64,000 nt of DNA. Origin: a virus. Its lineage: Duplodnaviria; Caudoviricetes. Position 1 is the stretch's first letter. Each line of letters begins with the position of its first letter. A model generated the notes under the pieces. The model was given only the letters and a program-made list of their open reading frames with translations. It did not search any database and had not been told where the DNA came from. The translations under genes and the position numbers were made by a program. This document shows positions 27,590 through 37,292 of this stretch, in pieces. The stretch covers positions 128,001 to 192,000 of IMG/VR virus record IMGVR_UViG_3300014208_000002, one strand, 5' to 3'.

Positions 27590-28363
27590 ATGGAGAAAGA
27601 GATTCATATATTACGATATCAAAAATTTATTGAGTCTCGAAAAAATAGAATAATTCCTGAAAATGTATATACAGAAAAACATCATATTATTCCAAAATCT
27701 TTGGGAGGAAATAATTTCCCAGATAATTTGATAACCCTGACTGCACGAGAACATTTTATAGCACATTTGATTCTCTGGAAGGCTTACGGGGAGCCTATGA
27801 CTATTGCTTTTTGGATGATGCAACATAGATGTATTAAGACTTGTAAACACAGTTGTAAGATAACCTCAAGACAGTATGAAGTGTTAAAAAAAGATTTTTC
27901 TGAAAAAATTTCAGAAACTAATAGAAGTAGATTTTGTACAGAGGAAACTAAGAAAAAAATAAGTGAATCACATAAAGGCGAAAAATGTTATCTTTTTGGT
28001 AAGCATCTTTCCGAGGAAACAAGAAAGAAAATAGGTGAATGGGGAAAAAATAGGCATCCTTCTGAAGTAACATTAAAAAAAATGGGTAAAGCACAAAAAG
28101 GAAGGGTTCACTCTGAAGAATCAAAAAGAAAAATGAGTGAATCTAGGAAAGATAAGTATAGAGGAAAAAATCATCCTGGTGCCAAAAAAGTTATTTGCAT
28201 TGAAACTCAAGAAATTTTTGGTTGTATGCGAGATGCTTGTAATAAGTATAAAATATTTAATGATCAACTATCTGCGGTATGTAAAGGGGAGCGAGAAACA
28301 ATAGGTGGCTATCATTGGCAATATTATGATAATAAATACACAAAAGAGGAATTAAATGCCTAG
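27590..28363 (+). CDS. HNH homing endonuclease with NUMOD3 repeats and NUMOD1 HTH
   Basis: EKHHIIPKSLGG...NLITLTAREHFIAH; HTEETKKK-type repeats; VICIETQEIF...GYHWQY. Confidence 0.9.
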   Translation: MEKEIHILRYQKFIESRKNRIIPENVYTEKHHIIPKSLGGNNFPDNLITLTAREHFIAHLILWKAYGEPMTIAFWMMQHRCIKTCKHSCKITSRQYEVLKKDFSEKISETNRSRFCTEETKKKISESHKGEKCYLFGKHLSEETRKKIGEWGKNRHPSEVTLKKMGKAQKGRVHSEESKRKMSESRKDKYRGKNHPGAKKVICIETQEIFGCMRDACNKYKIFNDQLSAVCKGERETIGGYHWQYYDNKYTKEELNA

Positions 28364-30320
28364 CTTTACTGATAAATTAAAGAAAGTATTTGGAATTTCA
28401 ACGGCTACTGATAAAAAAAATACTCAAAAAACGATAATACGACCTGCGGACTATGATAGTGAAGCGGGTAAAACAAGAACCATTACCTTTCCAGATGATA
28501 TTGAGCGACTTTATAAACTTTGGCTTACAGACGCATTAGATTCTGGTAATTCCTTAAAAAATCGTCTTGATAGGGTTAAAGAGCTTTCATATGCTTACTA
28601 CAATTCTTCTATATTCTCAATTGCCACAAGGCTTTACTCAGATGAAACTCTTTCTGCTGATGAACAAGATCAAATTCTAAAGATTTCTGCTAAAAATCCT
28701 AAATTAGAAACCTATATTACAGAATTTTTTGAAAAGATAGGGATAACAAACTCAGTATTAAAGTCTCTTGCCTTTGATCTTTCTCTTTATGGTGACCATT
28801 TTTGGGTTTTAGCTACTGATGATAAAGAAGGTATAACCAAAATAACACCTATAGATATTACTACTATTAAAGATCGTATTGAATTTAATGCTATTCAAGT
28901 TGCTAAATTAGAAAATCAGTTCAGATATCAATCTCTTTTAAGTAAGGAACCACGACTTCAAGCCCTTGTACAAGTTCTTACTTCCGACCAAGCATCCCTT
29001 GACTATTCAAAATACTTTCAATCTTATCTTTTTGGTTACCAAACTGAAGGAGATTTATTTCTTCCCCCGTGGAATATTTTACACTTTAGAATCCTTACCC
29101 ATAGTTCAGAGTTTGTGCCTTTTGGACGACCAATTCTTATTAACTGCCTATCCCCATTTAAGCAACTTCAAACCTCTAAAAACCTTATGGCTATTGCTCG
29201 TGCAAATAATTTCCCAATTAAGATGTTCAAAGTTAAAGTAGCTGATTCCATGACCGCTATGGATCAATGGGATGTTGTTACCCAAGCCCGAGAACAGTAT
29301 GAAAATCTCATGGGAATTTCTAATAAAGAACAATTTTCTGTAAATGGTGCAGTATGGGTTCCTGAAGGTCTTATTACTATGGAATCCATAGAAATGAACT
29401 ATGATATGGATAAAATTGCTGATGTTGAAATGTTAAAAATGGATTTAGCTGATGGAACCGGAATTCCTGCTGATTATCTATCCTCTTCAGCAAGCTCTTG
29501 GGGAAAGTCTAATCAGTCCTTACTACAACAATCGAAGCTTTTTGCTCGTGGAGTATTTACAATACAAACTGCTATTATTGATGAACTTATTAGCCTTGTA
29601 AAACTACAACTCATTATGACAGAAGACTTTGACGAAGATGAAGAGTTTGAACTTTCTCTGAATTTTCCCGCTGAAGAGGGTGATTCTGATAAATTACGAC
29701 AAACCTCTGATTCTTTAGACACTGCAAAAACAATTATTGATAATCTTGGACAGGTTCTTGGCGTTGAAGAAGGGAATATGCCTATTGATGTAGTAAAGGA
29801 TATTTTAACTAAAATTTCTTTCCTCTCTTCAAATGAAATAAATAAATATCTAAAGTCTATTGAAGATGCTAAGAAGGAACAGGAAGCAAAAGCGGAAGCG
29901 GAAGCTAAAGAAAGAGCAGAGCAGAATTTTAAACTGGCCCAAATGCGAGGGAATGGAAAAGATGGTTCTGATGAAGAGGATGGCTCTAATGAAGATTTTG
30001 GAAGTGCCGAGGATGAATTTGACTATGATGCACAATCTGAAGATATGGAAGAGGCTGTCCGAGAAAAAATAAAGGAGAGATTGACAACCCAACTTATCCG
30101 GGAAGCCTATTTTAAGGCTAAAAGAAAATTAAATCTTCAAGAAGGAGTAATGCGAAATAGGCATTATGGGTCTTCTTGGAAAGTAATTGATGTGCAAAGA
30201 AAAACTCTTTATGAGATTATGAAAAAAAATAAGAAGAGTGGTAAGTTAATTGAAACCACCCCTTTAATAGAAGAAAAAGATATAGAATTAGACTATGAAC
30301 CTAATTTTGATAATAGTTAA
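28356..30320 (+). CDS. Portal protein, T4 gp20-like
   Basis: 654 aa between terL and protease; DLSLYGDHFW, ILHFR, PFGRPIL, acidic C-terminus. Confidence 0.8.
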   Translation: MPSFTDKLKKVFGISTATDKKNTQKTIIRPADYDSEAGKTRTITFPDDIERLYKLWLTDALDSGNSLKNRLDRVKELSYAYYNSSIFSIATRLYSDETLSADEQDQILKISAKNPKLETYITEFFEKIGITNSVLKSLAFDLSLYGDHFWVLATDDKEGITKITPIDITTIKDRIEFNAIQVAKLENQFRYQSLLSKEPRLQALVQVLTSDQASLDYSKYFQSYLFGYQTEGDLFLPPWNILHFRILTHSSEFVPFGRPILINCLSPFKQLQTSKNLMAIARANNFPIKMFKVKVADSMTAMDQWDVVTQAREQYENLMGISNKEQFSVNGAVWVPEGLITMESIEMNYDMDKIADVEMLKMDLADGTGIPADYLSSSASSWGKSNQSLLQQSKLFARGVFTIQTAIIDELISLVKLQLIMTEDFDEDEEFELSLNFPAEEGDSDKLRQTSDSLDTAKTIIDNLGQVLGVEEGNMPIDVVKDILTKISFLSSNEINKYLKSIEDAKKEQEAKAEAEAKERAEQNFKLAQMRGNGKDGSDEEDGSNEDFGSAEDEFDYDAQSEDMEEAVREKIKERLTTQLIREAYFKAKRKLNLQEGVMRNRHYGSSWKVIDVQRKTLYEIMKKNKKSGKLIETTPLIEEKDIELDYEPNFDNS

Positions 30321-30343
30321 TAGTCAATATTTATAATTTTTAT

Positions 30344-30351
30344 TACTAATA
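30344..30351 (+). promoter_or_regulatory. TACTAATA motif
   Basis: Exact motif, intergenic, in the head module. Confidence 0.6.
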
Positions 30352-30373
30352 AAAGAGATAGAGGTAAATTATA

Positions 30374-31768
30374 ATGGCAAAACCAAATGATAAAGCTAAT
30401 CTTCAAAAAGAATGGAATAAGATTGTTGACTCCGAAAGATTTAAGTCCAATGTTGCCTTAAATATGGATATTAGTTTATCAGAAATTGATGATATAGGTA
30501 ATTTACTCCCGGACCCTTTTGAGCATTATAAGGATAATAGAAATGGCTCTGGCTATGTAATGAATGTAAAAGCAAAAGGCTATCCTGATAAGGACGATTT
30601 TGTTGAAAAAGCTTTAGAAGAGATTAAGTCAGAATTTCAGAAAAAAATGAAGTCTTCTTTTGATAAACTTGATAATGCCGATGAGCTTGAAGAACAATTC
30701 ATTGATGAATTAGAAGCTTGGTTTGATGGATATATGGAACATACTTTTTGGGATGATGTGGAGTTTGAAAAAGAAAACATTGAAATGACCGATGGCTGGG
30801 AAATGGTTGTTACTGGCCGTTCTGGTGGGTATTGGGGAGTAAGTGAGGATGCTCTTTCTACTGAGGATATTTTACCATCTGATAGGCTAATAAAAGAAAT
30901 AAAAGATAAATTTAATGACTGGTATGATGAAGAGGCAAGAGAGGACAATAATTTTGATGATGAAGATGATGATACTACTCAAATGGGTGATATTGATTCA
31001 ATGGAAGACGCTTTAGACTCCGCACTTTACTCTGCGGGTCGCTCAGGTGAATATAATGATGACAGATTTTGGACATTGACAAAAGTAGCTATTTCCAAGT
31101 TTAAGGATTTAAAAGAAAATATTGAAGGCATTATTTCTGACATGGAGAGTACCGAACGCCATGTAGAGCCTTTTATGGATCAAGAACTATATGCAGAATT
31201 TGATGCTTGGAAAAATATTGATTTTTCTTGGGATGCAAAAGCAGATAGACAAAATGATTTCAAGTTTGAAAAGAAAGACTTTGGAAAGAAAATCCTTATT
31301 ACTGAAGATACTCCTATCGGATTTGGTATTACACTAGAACGAGGGGATAAGATTCAGGTTTTGAAAGAAGCTAAACAAATAAAAGAAGCCGCACTTCCTG
31401 ATAAAGTTGAAGCAATTATTAAAAAGTATGAAGCTAAAGACTATTGGGAAGACAATATTATTATTGATAACAAAATAAAATTTTGGGTAAGTATTGGCTC
31501 TCCCGAAGAAGTAAAAGGTTTTTCTGGAAAAGCCACAGAAGCCTCTATTCGTGAAGTTATGGTAAAGGGTTTAGGAGAAGAGCGCAGAAATTGGATAGCA
31601 AAATCAGTTGAAAGAATAAATAAAAAGGACGAAAAAGATATTAAATCTTTTGTTCGTGGTACGCAACCCTTTATGAAAGAAGTATTTACAGCGATTACAG
31701 GATTAGAAACAAAAGGCATGAGTGATGCAAAATTAGACCCAATAATAAAGCAATGGTGTAATTCATAA
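30374..31768 (+). CDS. Acidic prohead core/internal protein candidate
   Basis: 464 aa between portal and protease; internal ITED...LERGDKIQVLKE module. Confidence 0.6.
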   Translation: MAKPNDKANLQKEWNKIVDSERFKSNVALNMDISLSEIDDIGNLLPDPFEHYKDNRNGSGYVMNVKAKGYPDKDDFVEKALEEIKSEFQKKMKSSFDKLDNADELEEQFIDELEAWFDGYMEHTFWDDVEFEKENIEMTDGWEMVVTGRSGGYWGVSEDALSTEDILPSDRLIKEIKDKFNDWYDEEAREDNNFDDEDDDTTQMGDIDSMEDALDSALYSAGRSGEYNDDRFWTLTKVAISKFKDLKENIEGIISDMESTERHVEPFMDQELYAEFDAWKNIDFSWDAKADRQNDFKFEKKDFGKKILITEDTPIGFGITLERGDKIQVLKEAKQIKEAALPDKVEAIIKKYEAKDYWEDNIIIDNKIKFWVSIGSPEEVKGFSGKATEASIREVMVKGLGEERRNWIAKSVERINKKDEKDIKSFVRGTQPFMKEVFTAITGLETKGMSDAKLDPIIKQWCNS

Positions 31769-31796
31769 TGAAAAATTAAAGATATGGAGATATAGT

Positions 31797-33545
31797 ATGG
31801 CAAGACAGCATTTAGTAGAGAATTTTTCAAAAGACTGGAAAGAGCCTCTAATTGTAACAAAACTTCCTCTTACTGAAAGCAACTCTTTAGTTGAATCTGA
31901 TGGAAAACAATATAAGGCTATTGAGGGCTATGAAGTACCAGTATGGAGACTTGGGGTAAAAAATCTCAATGAGAGGGTTTATTCTGAGGCTTTAGGACGA
32001 AAAGTTATTAAGGAATTTGGTGGTTTAATTACTGCTAATCTTTCCGATCATCCCAAAGAGGATGGAAGTGTATCTGACATTCTCTCTGTTGCAAAAAACC
32101 CTCATATTAAAGAGGGCATTTTATATGTAGATGCATTTGTTGTAGATGAAGCTTTTGCAAAGAAATTAAACAAAATGCATGAAGCCGGATATGGACTAGG
32201 GGTGTCTAGCTCATGTTATGGGGATTTGAATGAATCTACCGGCGAAGTATTAGAGGAAGGATTTGAAGTAGATCGTTTCTTTGATTGGGTTTTAACTCCT
32301 TCTTACTCTGTTTTTGTAACAGGGGCTAATAGAAAAGAATATAAAGAAGAAATAGAAAATAAACCTACTAATATAATTGAGGAAACTAAATCTGAAAATA
32401 TAGAATTGGACAAAGTTCAAAAGGAGAATAGTATAATGAGCGACAAATTGACTTCCCTTGAAGAGAAGAATCTCAAGTTGGGGATTAAATCACTTTTTGA
32501 AAAGGCTGAGGCTAAGGTTGACCTGAAGGAAAAACTCGCTTCCTACAATGAGATTCTTGAATATTGCGAGGGAGTAGAGTTTGCCGCACCTTATGTTGAA
32601 TCCGCAAATAGTGAAATCGCCAAGATTGCCGAGGCTACTCATGTTCTTGCTGAAAAAGGCAAGCTTCTTGAGGGTGTAGAAAAGGAAAAGGCTTCTCTTG
32701 AAGAGAAGGCTAAGACGACTGAAAAGGCCGTCGATGAAGCTACTGGCACTCTTTCAAAGGTATCTGAAAACTTTGAAAAAGCCGTAAAGATGCTTGACGC
32801 ATTCAAGCTTCGGGAAGGAAAGCTAAAGGAAATGTACGAAATTGCTATTGCTGAACGCAATGGTATGATTGAGGCTTCTGAATACAAGGAACTTGCTGAA
32901 AAGTATGATGAAATCGAAGAGAAGCTTGAAGACCTTATTGATGAAAATGCCAAGCTTTCTAAGATGACAAAGAAATACAAGAATCGTATCCTTCAACTTG
33001 AAGCTGATGCTGAAGAAGCTGATGAAGAGGACGAGGATGACGAAGAGGAAGAGAAGGCTAAAGAAGAAGCTACCCGAAATCGAAAGCGTAATCGCCGTGA
33101 AGGTGGTGGACTTGCCAATCTTGGTGATAAGAAGGCTGAACCTTTTGATGCTGAAGATGCTAAAGAAGCTCGTGGCGAAAAGGATGATGATGACTCTGAA
33201 GATAAGGACGAGAAGAAAGAGGAAGGAAGAATCCGCCGACAGTATGATACTTCTTCTATTCGTGAAGATGATGAAGACGGTTATGACTTTACTGAAGGGG
33301 AAGAAATCCGAGAATATGTCAATGAACTTCTTGAACAGAATCCCGCTAATAAGAGAATCAAAAATCAGCTTCTAAAGTGCAAGACACTCTTTGAGGCTCA
33401 GAAAACTTATCTTGACTTAATGGATTTAGTTGAAGATTCTCCTAGCCCATATAAACCTCGAATGAATGAAGGTAAGACCTATGGAGGTATTCAAGTATCC
33501 TCTGAATCTCCTCGAAATAATCTTGTTCGGAAGGGTTGGAGATAA
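31797..33545 (+). CDS. Prohead protease (T4 gp21-like) fused to scaffold
   Basis: NLNERVYS, LSDHP, LGVSSSCYG, FDWVLTPSY, then a long acidic coiled coil. Confidence 0.85.
   Translation: MARQHLVENFSKDWKEPLIVTKLPLTESNSLVESDGKQYKAIEGYEVPVWRLGVKNLNERVYSEALGRKVIKEFGGLITANLSDHPKEDGSVSDILSVAKNPHIKEGILYVDAFVVDEAFAKKLNKMHEAGYGLGVSSSCYGDLNESTGEVLEEGFEVDRFFDWVLTPSYSVFVTGANRKEYKEEIENKPTNIIEETKSENIELDKVQKENSIMSDKLTSLEEKNLKLGIKSLFEKAEAKVDLKEKLASYNEILEYCEGVEFAAPYVESANSEIAKIAEATHVLAEKGKLLEGVEKEKASLEEKAKTTEKAVDEATGTLSKVSENFEKAVKMLDAFKLREGKLKEMYEIAIAERNGMIEASEYKELAEKYDEIEEKLEDLIDENAKLSKMTKKYKNRILQLEADAEEADEEDEDDEEEEKAKEEATRNRKRNRREGGGLANLGDKKAEPFDAEDAKEARGEKDDDDSEDKDEKKEEGRIRRQYDTSSIREDDEDGYDFTEGEEIREYVNELLEQNPANKRIKNQLLKCKTLFEAQKTYLDLMDLVEDSPSPYKPRMNEGKTYGGIQVSSESPRNNLVRKGWR
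32366..32373 (+). promoter_or_regulatory. Internal TACTAATA motif upstream of nested scaffold start
   Basis: Exact motif about 60 nt before AAGGAG and in-frame ATG 32436. Confidence 0.5.
32436..33545 (+). CDS. Nested in-frame scaffold protein (gp22-like)
   Basis: RBS AAGGAG, in-frame ATG (MSDKLTSLEE), coiled-coil composition. Confidence 0.6.
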   Translation: MSDKLTSLEEKNLKLGIKSLFEKAEAKVDLKEKLASYNEILEYCEGVEFAAPYVESANSEIAKIAEATHVLAEKGKLLEGVEKEKASLEEKAKTTEKAVDEATGTLSKVSENFEKAVKMLDAFKLREGKLKEMYEIAIAERNGMIEASEYKELAEKYDEIEEKLEDLIDENAKLSKMTKKYKNRILQLEADAEEADEEDEDDEEEEKAKEEATRNRKRNRREGGGLANLGDKKAEPFDAEDAKEARGEKDDDDSEDKDEKKEEGRIRRQYDTSSIREDDEDGYDFTEGEEIREYVNELLEQNPANKRIKNQLLKCKTLFEAQKTYLDLMDLVEDSPSPYKPRMNEGKTYGGIQVSSESPRNNLVRKGWR

Positions 33546-33609
33546 TAAAAAGATAAGCTAAATATAGCTTTCCGTTGGATTTAGAAATAACAATAAAAGG
33601 AGACTTATA

Positions 33610-35802
33610 ATGGCTGATACTGTAGTTAACGCAAGGGCAGGGTTTATTACTAATGGTGTATCCATTGGTACAAAGCATACTCTGACCGATGCTGAAATTA
33701 ACGCTACAATGGGTGGATTAACAATTGATACCCTTGGCGTTGATGGCGTATATGAAGTTATTAAGGCGAAGATTACCGCTGGTGCGACTGTAGAAGGAAA
33801 TGTTCGTTTTACCGTTCGTGGGGTAGCCGAAGATATTGCTCTACTTGCAACTGACACTACCGCCGCTGATGTAGCTACAAAAGTTGCCGCTGGTACTTGG
33901 GCTGGTTGGGCCGCTACTGTAGACCCACTTGATGCTACTGGTGAAACAGTAATGTGGACTGCCACTACTACTGGGCCTAAAGTTGGTACAAACTCATTTA
34001 CTGATTCTACCGCAACCGGAGTAACTTCCGCCGCTGGTGTTTTAGTTACAACTCCTGGAGTAACCGCTGTTGCTGAAATTCTAAAAATGGTCGTAGAAAC
34101 TCCTTGTACTTTTACTGGAGAAGTTTTTGCTATCGTTCGTGGAGACTCCCAATATATTGCAGTAGCTTCTGGGGATACTGTTTCTCAAGTTGCAACTAAA
34201 ATTGCTGGTGGAGCTTGGGCGGGATGGACACCTGCTATTGATCCTCTTGATGTTTCTGGTGCAACTGTTATGTGGACTGCTACTGTCGCTGAAGTAAAAG
34301 CAGGAACGAATGCTTTTGGTGGAGGAACAACTGGGGTACTCGCTGGAGCTTTTGCAACAGAAGTAGTAGGAGTAACGGAAGTAACGGAAGTTATTAAAGC
34401 TACAATTGCAACAGGGTCTACTGCTGGTGGAGATTTGACAATTGTTATTCGTGATCTTTCTCATACAGTAGCTATGGCTGGAGATGCTACTGATGATACC
34501 CCTGAAGAAGTTGCCGCAAAGATAGCTTTAGTAGCTTGGGTAGGATGGACGGTTACTGTAGATGTTGATAATGTTACTGTTCTTTGGACTGCGACCGCCG
34601 CTGGCGCACAAACTGGAGCTATTACTTTTGCCGCCGCCGGAACTGGTGTTACACTTACAGGAACAATTGCCACTGATCCTGCTGGTGTTACTGGAGTAGC
34701 AGAACAAATTAGTTTAACTTTTACTCATGAATGTTCTACTGTTGGGCAAATAACAATAAACATAGATGGTGTTTCTGAAGTAATTGCAGTATCTTCTTCA
34801 TCTGAGTCAACTCCTGAACTTGTTGCAACTCAGGTTGCTACTGGTACTTGGGCTGGATGGACTCCTGCCGCAGTTGGGGCCAAAGTTACTTGGACAGCAA
34901 CGGCTACTGGTGCAAAAGTTGGCGCAGAATTATTCAACGATGGAACAACTGGTGTAACGGCTCCTGGAGGTATTACAACTTTCCGTCTAGGTGTTTCTGA
35001 GGTAGCAGAAATAATTAAACTTACTATTGCTACTGGTTGTACTTCTGATGATAGCGTTTATGTAACTATTCGGAATGTAACCGATACAATCGCTCTTACT
35101 GCCGCCGCACAAGCAACTCCCGCACAGGTGGCTACTGCAATCGCCGCAGGAACTTGGGCTGGTTGGACGCCAACCATAGAAACAGCGACTACTATAGTTT
35201 GGACAGCCGTTGCCGCTGGTGCGAAGACTGGAACAAATACTTGGGGTGATAGTGGTTCTACTGGAGTCTCAGTTACAGGTGGATTAACTCGGTTTACTCT
35301 TGGTGTAACTGAAGTAGCTGAGATTATTACTTTCCTTGTTGAAGCCGCTTGTCAAGCAAATGGAAATGTTTTAGCTACTATTCGTGGTGATACTCAAACA
35401 ATTGCTATAACAACTGCCGATGATGAAGAAGCTGTTGCGACTGCAATCGCCGCAGGAACTTGGGCTGGTTGGACGGCATCTGTTGATGTAGATGGTGTTA
35501 CTGTTATCTGGACAGCATCCGCCTTAGAAGCAAAAACAGGAGTAAATCATGTTGATGATGGTGCAACAGGAATTGTTGGAAATGATTTAATCTTTAATTT
35601 CAACTATAACGGTTCTGTAAATTATCCTCTTGTTGCTCGGGTTAATCTTCGCACTTCTACAGGATCACTATACAATGTGACTACTCAAGGACTACGAATT
35701 ACTTATCCCGCTAACGGGAAAGTGTATGTGAATAGAGGAACAGTTGTCGCTGGATGGGTAGCTGGTTCTATCCTAGATATAATCGCTCAGAGGGCTAACT
35801 AA
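33610..35802 (+). CDS. Repeat-rich virion surface protein (capsid decoration/fibre candidate)
   Basis: 730 aa, Ala/Thr/Gly/Val-rich, six ~100-aa repeats with W-x-G-W and V-x-W-T-A; lies in head module. Confidence 0.65.
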   Translation: MADTVVNARAGFITNGVSIGTKHTLTDAEINATMGGLTIDTLGVDGVYEVIKAKITAGATVEGNVRFTVRGVAEDIALLATDTTAADVATKVAAGTWAGWAATVDPLDATGETVMWTATTTGPKVGTNSFTDSTATGVTSAAGVLVTTPGVTAVAEILKMVVETPCTFTGEVFAIVRGDSQYIAVASGDTVSQVATKIAGGAWAGWTPAIDPLDVSGATVMWTATVAEVKAGTNAFGGGTTGVLAGAFATEVVGVTEVTEVIKATIATGSTAGGDLTIVIRDLSHTVAMAGDATDDTPEEVAAKIALVAWVGWTVTVDVDNVTVLWTATAAGAQTGAITFAAAGTGVTLTGTIATDPAGVTGVAEQISLTFTHECSTVGQITINIDGVSEVIAVSSSSESTPELVATQVATGTWAGWTPAAVGAKVTWTATATGAKVGAELFNDGTTGVTAPGGITTFRLGVSEVAEIIKLTIATGCTSDDSVYVTIRNVTDTIALTAAAQATPAQVATAIAAGTWAGWTPTIETATTIVWTAVAAGAKTGTNTWGDSGSTGVSVTGGLTRFTLGVTEVAEIITFLVEAACQANGNVLATIRGDTQTIAITTADDEEAVATAIAAGTWAGWTASVDVDGVTVIWTASALEAKTGVNHVDDGATGIVGNDLIFNFNYNGSVNYPLVARVNLRTSTGSLYNVTTQGLRITYPANGKVYVNRGTVVAGWVAGSILDIIAQRAN
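33750..35580 (+). repeat. Six tandem ~100-aa coding repeats
   Basis: Recurring E(I/V)I...VAT.(I/V)A.G.WAGW...V.WTA...GV units. Confidence 0.85.
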
Positions 35803-35852
35803 AAATATATAAAGAATGTTGGATTTATACATAACAATAAAAGGAGTAAATC

Positions 35853-36167
35853 ATGGCTGATACAGTTATCAATTCACGAGGTTATATCACAAACGGCGTT
35901 TCTATTGGAAAGGTTTATACCATTACTTCCGCTGATGTGACTAATGAAGCAATTCTTTTCAATCTAAATTATTATAGCACAGTAAATTATGCTCTTGTAG
36001 CAAGTGTTGTATTAAGAGACTCTTCTGGAAATGTAGTTAATGTGACTGCAAAAAGTCTTGAAATAACTTACCCCCTCAATGGTCAAGTTCGTGTAGCAAA
36101 GGGTTCCCTTACTACAGAATGGGCCGCAGGTGCTTTCTTGGACATTGTAATTCAAAGGTCTAACTAA
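35853..36167 (+). CDS. Short paralogue of the termini of the 730-aa protein
   Basis: MADTVINSRGYITNGVSIG and LITYP...QRSN-type segments align to both ends of 33610..35802. Confidence 0.8.
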   Translation: MADTVINSRGYITNGVSIGKVYTITSADVTNEAILFNLNYYSTVNYALVASVVLRDSSGNVVNVTAKSLEITYPLNGQVRVAKGSLTTEWAAGAFLDIVIQRSN

Positions 36168-36182
36168 ATTATTTGACAAAAA

Positions 36183-36210
36183 GGGGGGAAGATTACTTCC
36201 CCCTAATTTT
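36183..36210 (+). terminator. Terminator-like hairpin
   Basis: GGGGGAAG-ATTA-CTTCCCCC followed by TAATTTT. Confidence 0.6.
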
Positions 36211-36226
36211 CCTATTAGGAAATATT

Positions 36227-36694
36227 ATGAAGAAATTTATTGTTGAAAAAACTGTAAGAATTCCTGACACAAAAATTATCCTCGAAAAAGGGGATAAGAT
36301 AGTTATTATCTCTGAAGCAGAAGCAACAGTAGGAATTCCCTCGGAGACAATAGTTGTCCCCTATAGTATTCCTATACCTGGATATGATAGTGAAGGTTCT
36401 TCTGCAATTATTGATGCTGGGCGAGAAGTAAAGTATAAAGTTGATATTACTGAAGCGGGCTTTTTGCTCACTCTTTATTATAGTCATTTGAAGAATATGC
36501 CATTTAAATTTGTAAAAGTTCCTCTTTTATTTACTTCTAAACAAGAAGCGGAATCAAAGGGATGGAATTTTAAGGATAGTGAATCAAAAGGAATAACAAA
36601 CTCAATTCCCTCTGGCACAGAATTAAATGGGGATGCAGGAATAGTGGATTCAAAAACAGTTAATGAAAAGTCTTATAGTAAGAGAAGGAAATAA
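36227..36694 (+). CDS. Candidate head-internal protein with ~30-aa leader module
   Basis: Start moved to ATG 36227; MKKFIVEKTVRIPDTKIILEKGDKIVIISE. Confidence 0.65.
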   Translation: MKKFIVEKTVRIPDTKIILEKGDKIVIISEAEATVGIPSETIVVPYSIPIPGYDSEGSSAIIDAGREVKYKVDITEAGFLLTLYYSHLKNMPFKFVKVPLLFTSKQEAESKGWNFKDSESKGITNSIPSGTELNGDAGIVDSKTVNEKSYSKRRK

Positions 36695-36696
36695 TT

Positions 36697-37104
36697 ATGA
36701 AAAAGTTTATAGTAGAGCAAGAAACCAAAATTCCCGACACCGATATTATTCTTGAAAAAGGCGACCGTGTTGCTGTTCTAAAAGAAATGGGTGATTTTGA
36801 TGCTGATGATGCTACTGGCGAAATTACTGGAAATGATGCTCTTAGACAACTGGTAAAGTTTGGAAAGTGCTATGCCTTTAGAGTATCAGACGGTTGGGAG
36901 AATGTTAATTGTATTGTAAAAATTCCTTGTAAAGTAAAAAAGCTTGGAAGATATATTAAGGCTTTTAATCTTTCAAAAGGTATCAATCTTGATGTTACCT
37001 TTATTTCTGATGTTAAACTTTCTAATGGCATTGTTACCATAGAAACAAAGAAATATCAGACAATTGAATTTGCTGTTGATGAAGATGTAGCAAATAGTTT
37101 TTAA
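36697..37104 (+). CDS. Candidate head-internal protein with ~30-aa leader module
   Basis: MKKFIVEQETKIPDTDIILEKGDRVAVLKE. Confidence 0.7.
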   Translation: MKKFIVEQETKIPDTDIILEKGDRVAVLKEMGDFDADDATGEITGNDALRQLVKFGKCYAFRVSDGWENVNCIVKIPCKVKKLGRYIKAFNLSKGINLDVTFISDVKLSNGIVTIETKKYQTIEFAVDEDVANSF

Positions 37105-37132
37105 TAATTATTGGGAGTTTTTAAAAAAACTC

Positions 37133-37140
37133 TACTAATA
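37133..37140 (+). promoter_or_regulatory. TACTAATA motif upstream of major capsid gene
   Basis: Exact motif about 150 nt before the MCP start. Confidence 0.65.
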
Positions 37141-37292
37141 TAAATGTAAGGAAATAGATATTTTTTCCTACAACCAGATTCTAATATCAATCTGATAAAG
37201 AAATACCTCAAATGGATTTCAAAAAAGTCTCATGTAAAAGAAAAGAATCCGTTGGATTCTAATGATGATTTATTATTTTAAGGATAACTATA

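Noticed and set aside
29850-33250. Asp/Glu-rich low-complexity tracts as tandem repeats
   Set aside because: They are coding acidic linkers typical of portal, core and scaffold proteins, with no exact periodicity.
33558-34673. Minus-strand ORFs opposite the repeat protein, and similar antisense ORFs throughout the track
   Set aside because: They are shadows of codon-biased + strand genes with no RBS or promoter and no recognisable protein features.
33750-35580. CRISPR array or DGR template/variable repeat pair
   Set aside because: The repeats are diverged protein-coding units without spacers or adenine-specific differences, and no reverse transcriptase is seen in the window.
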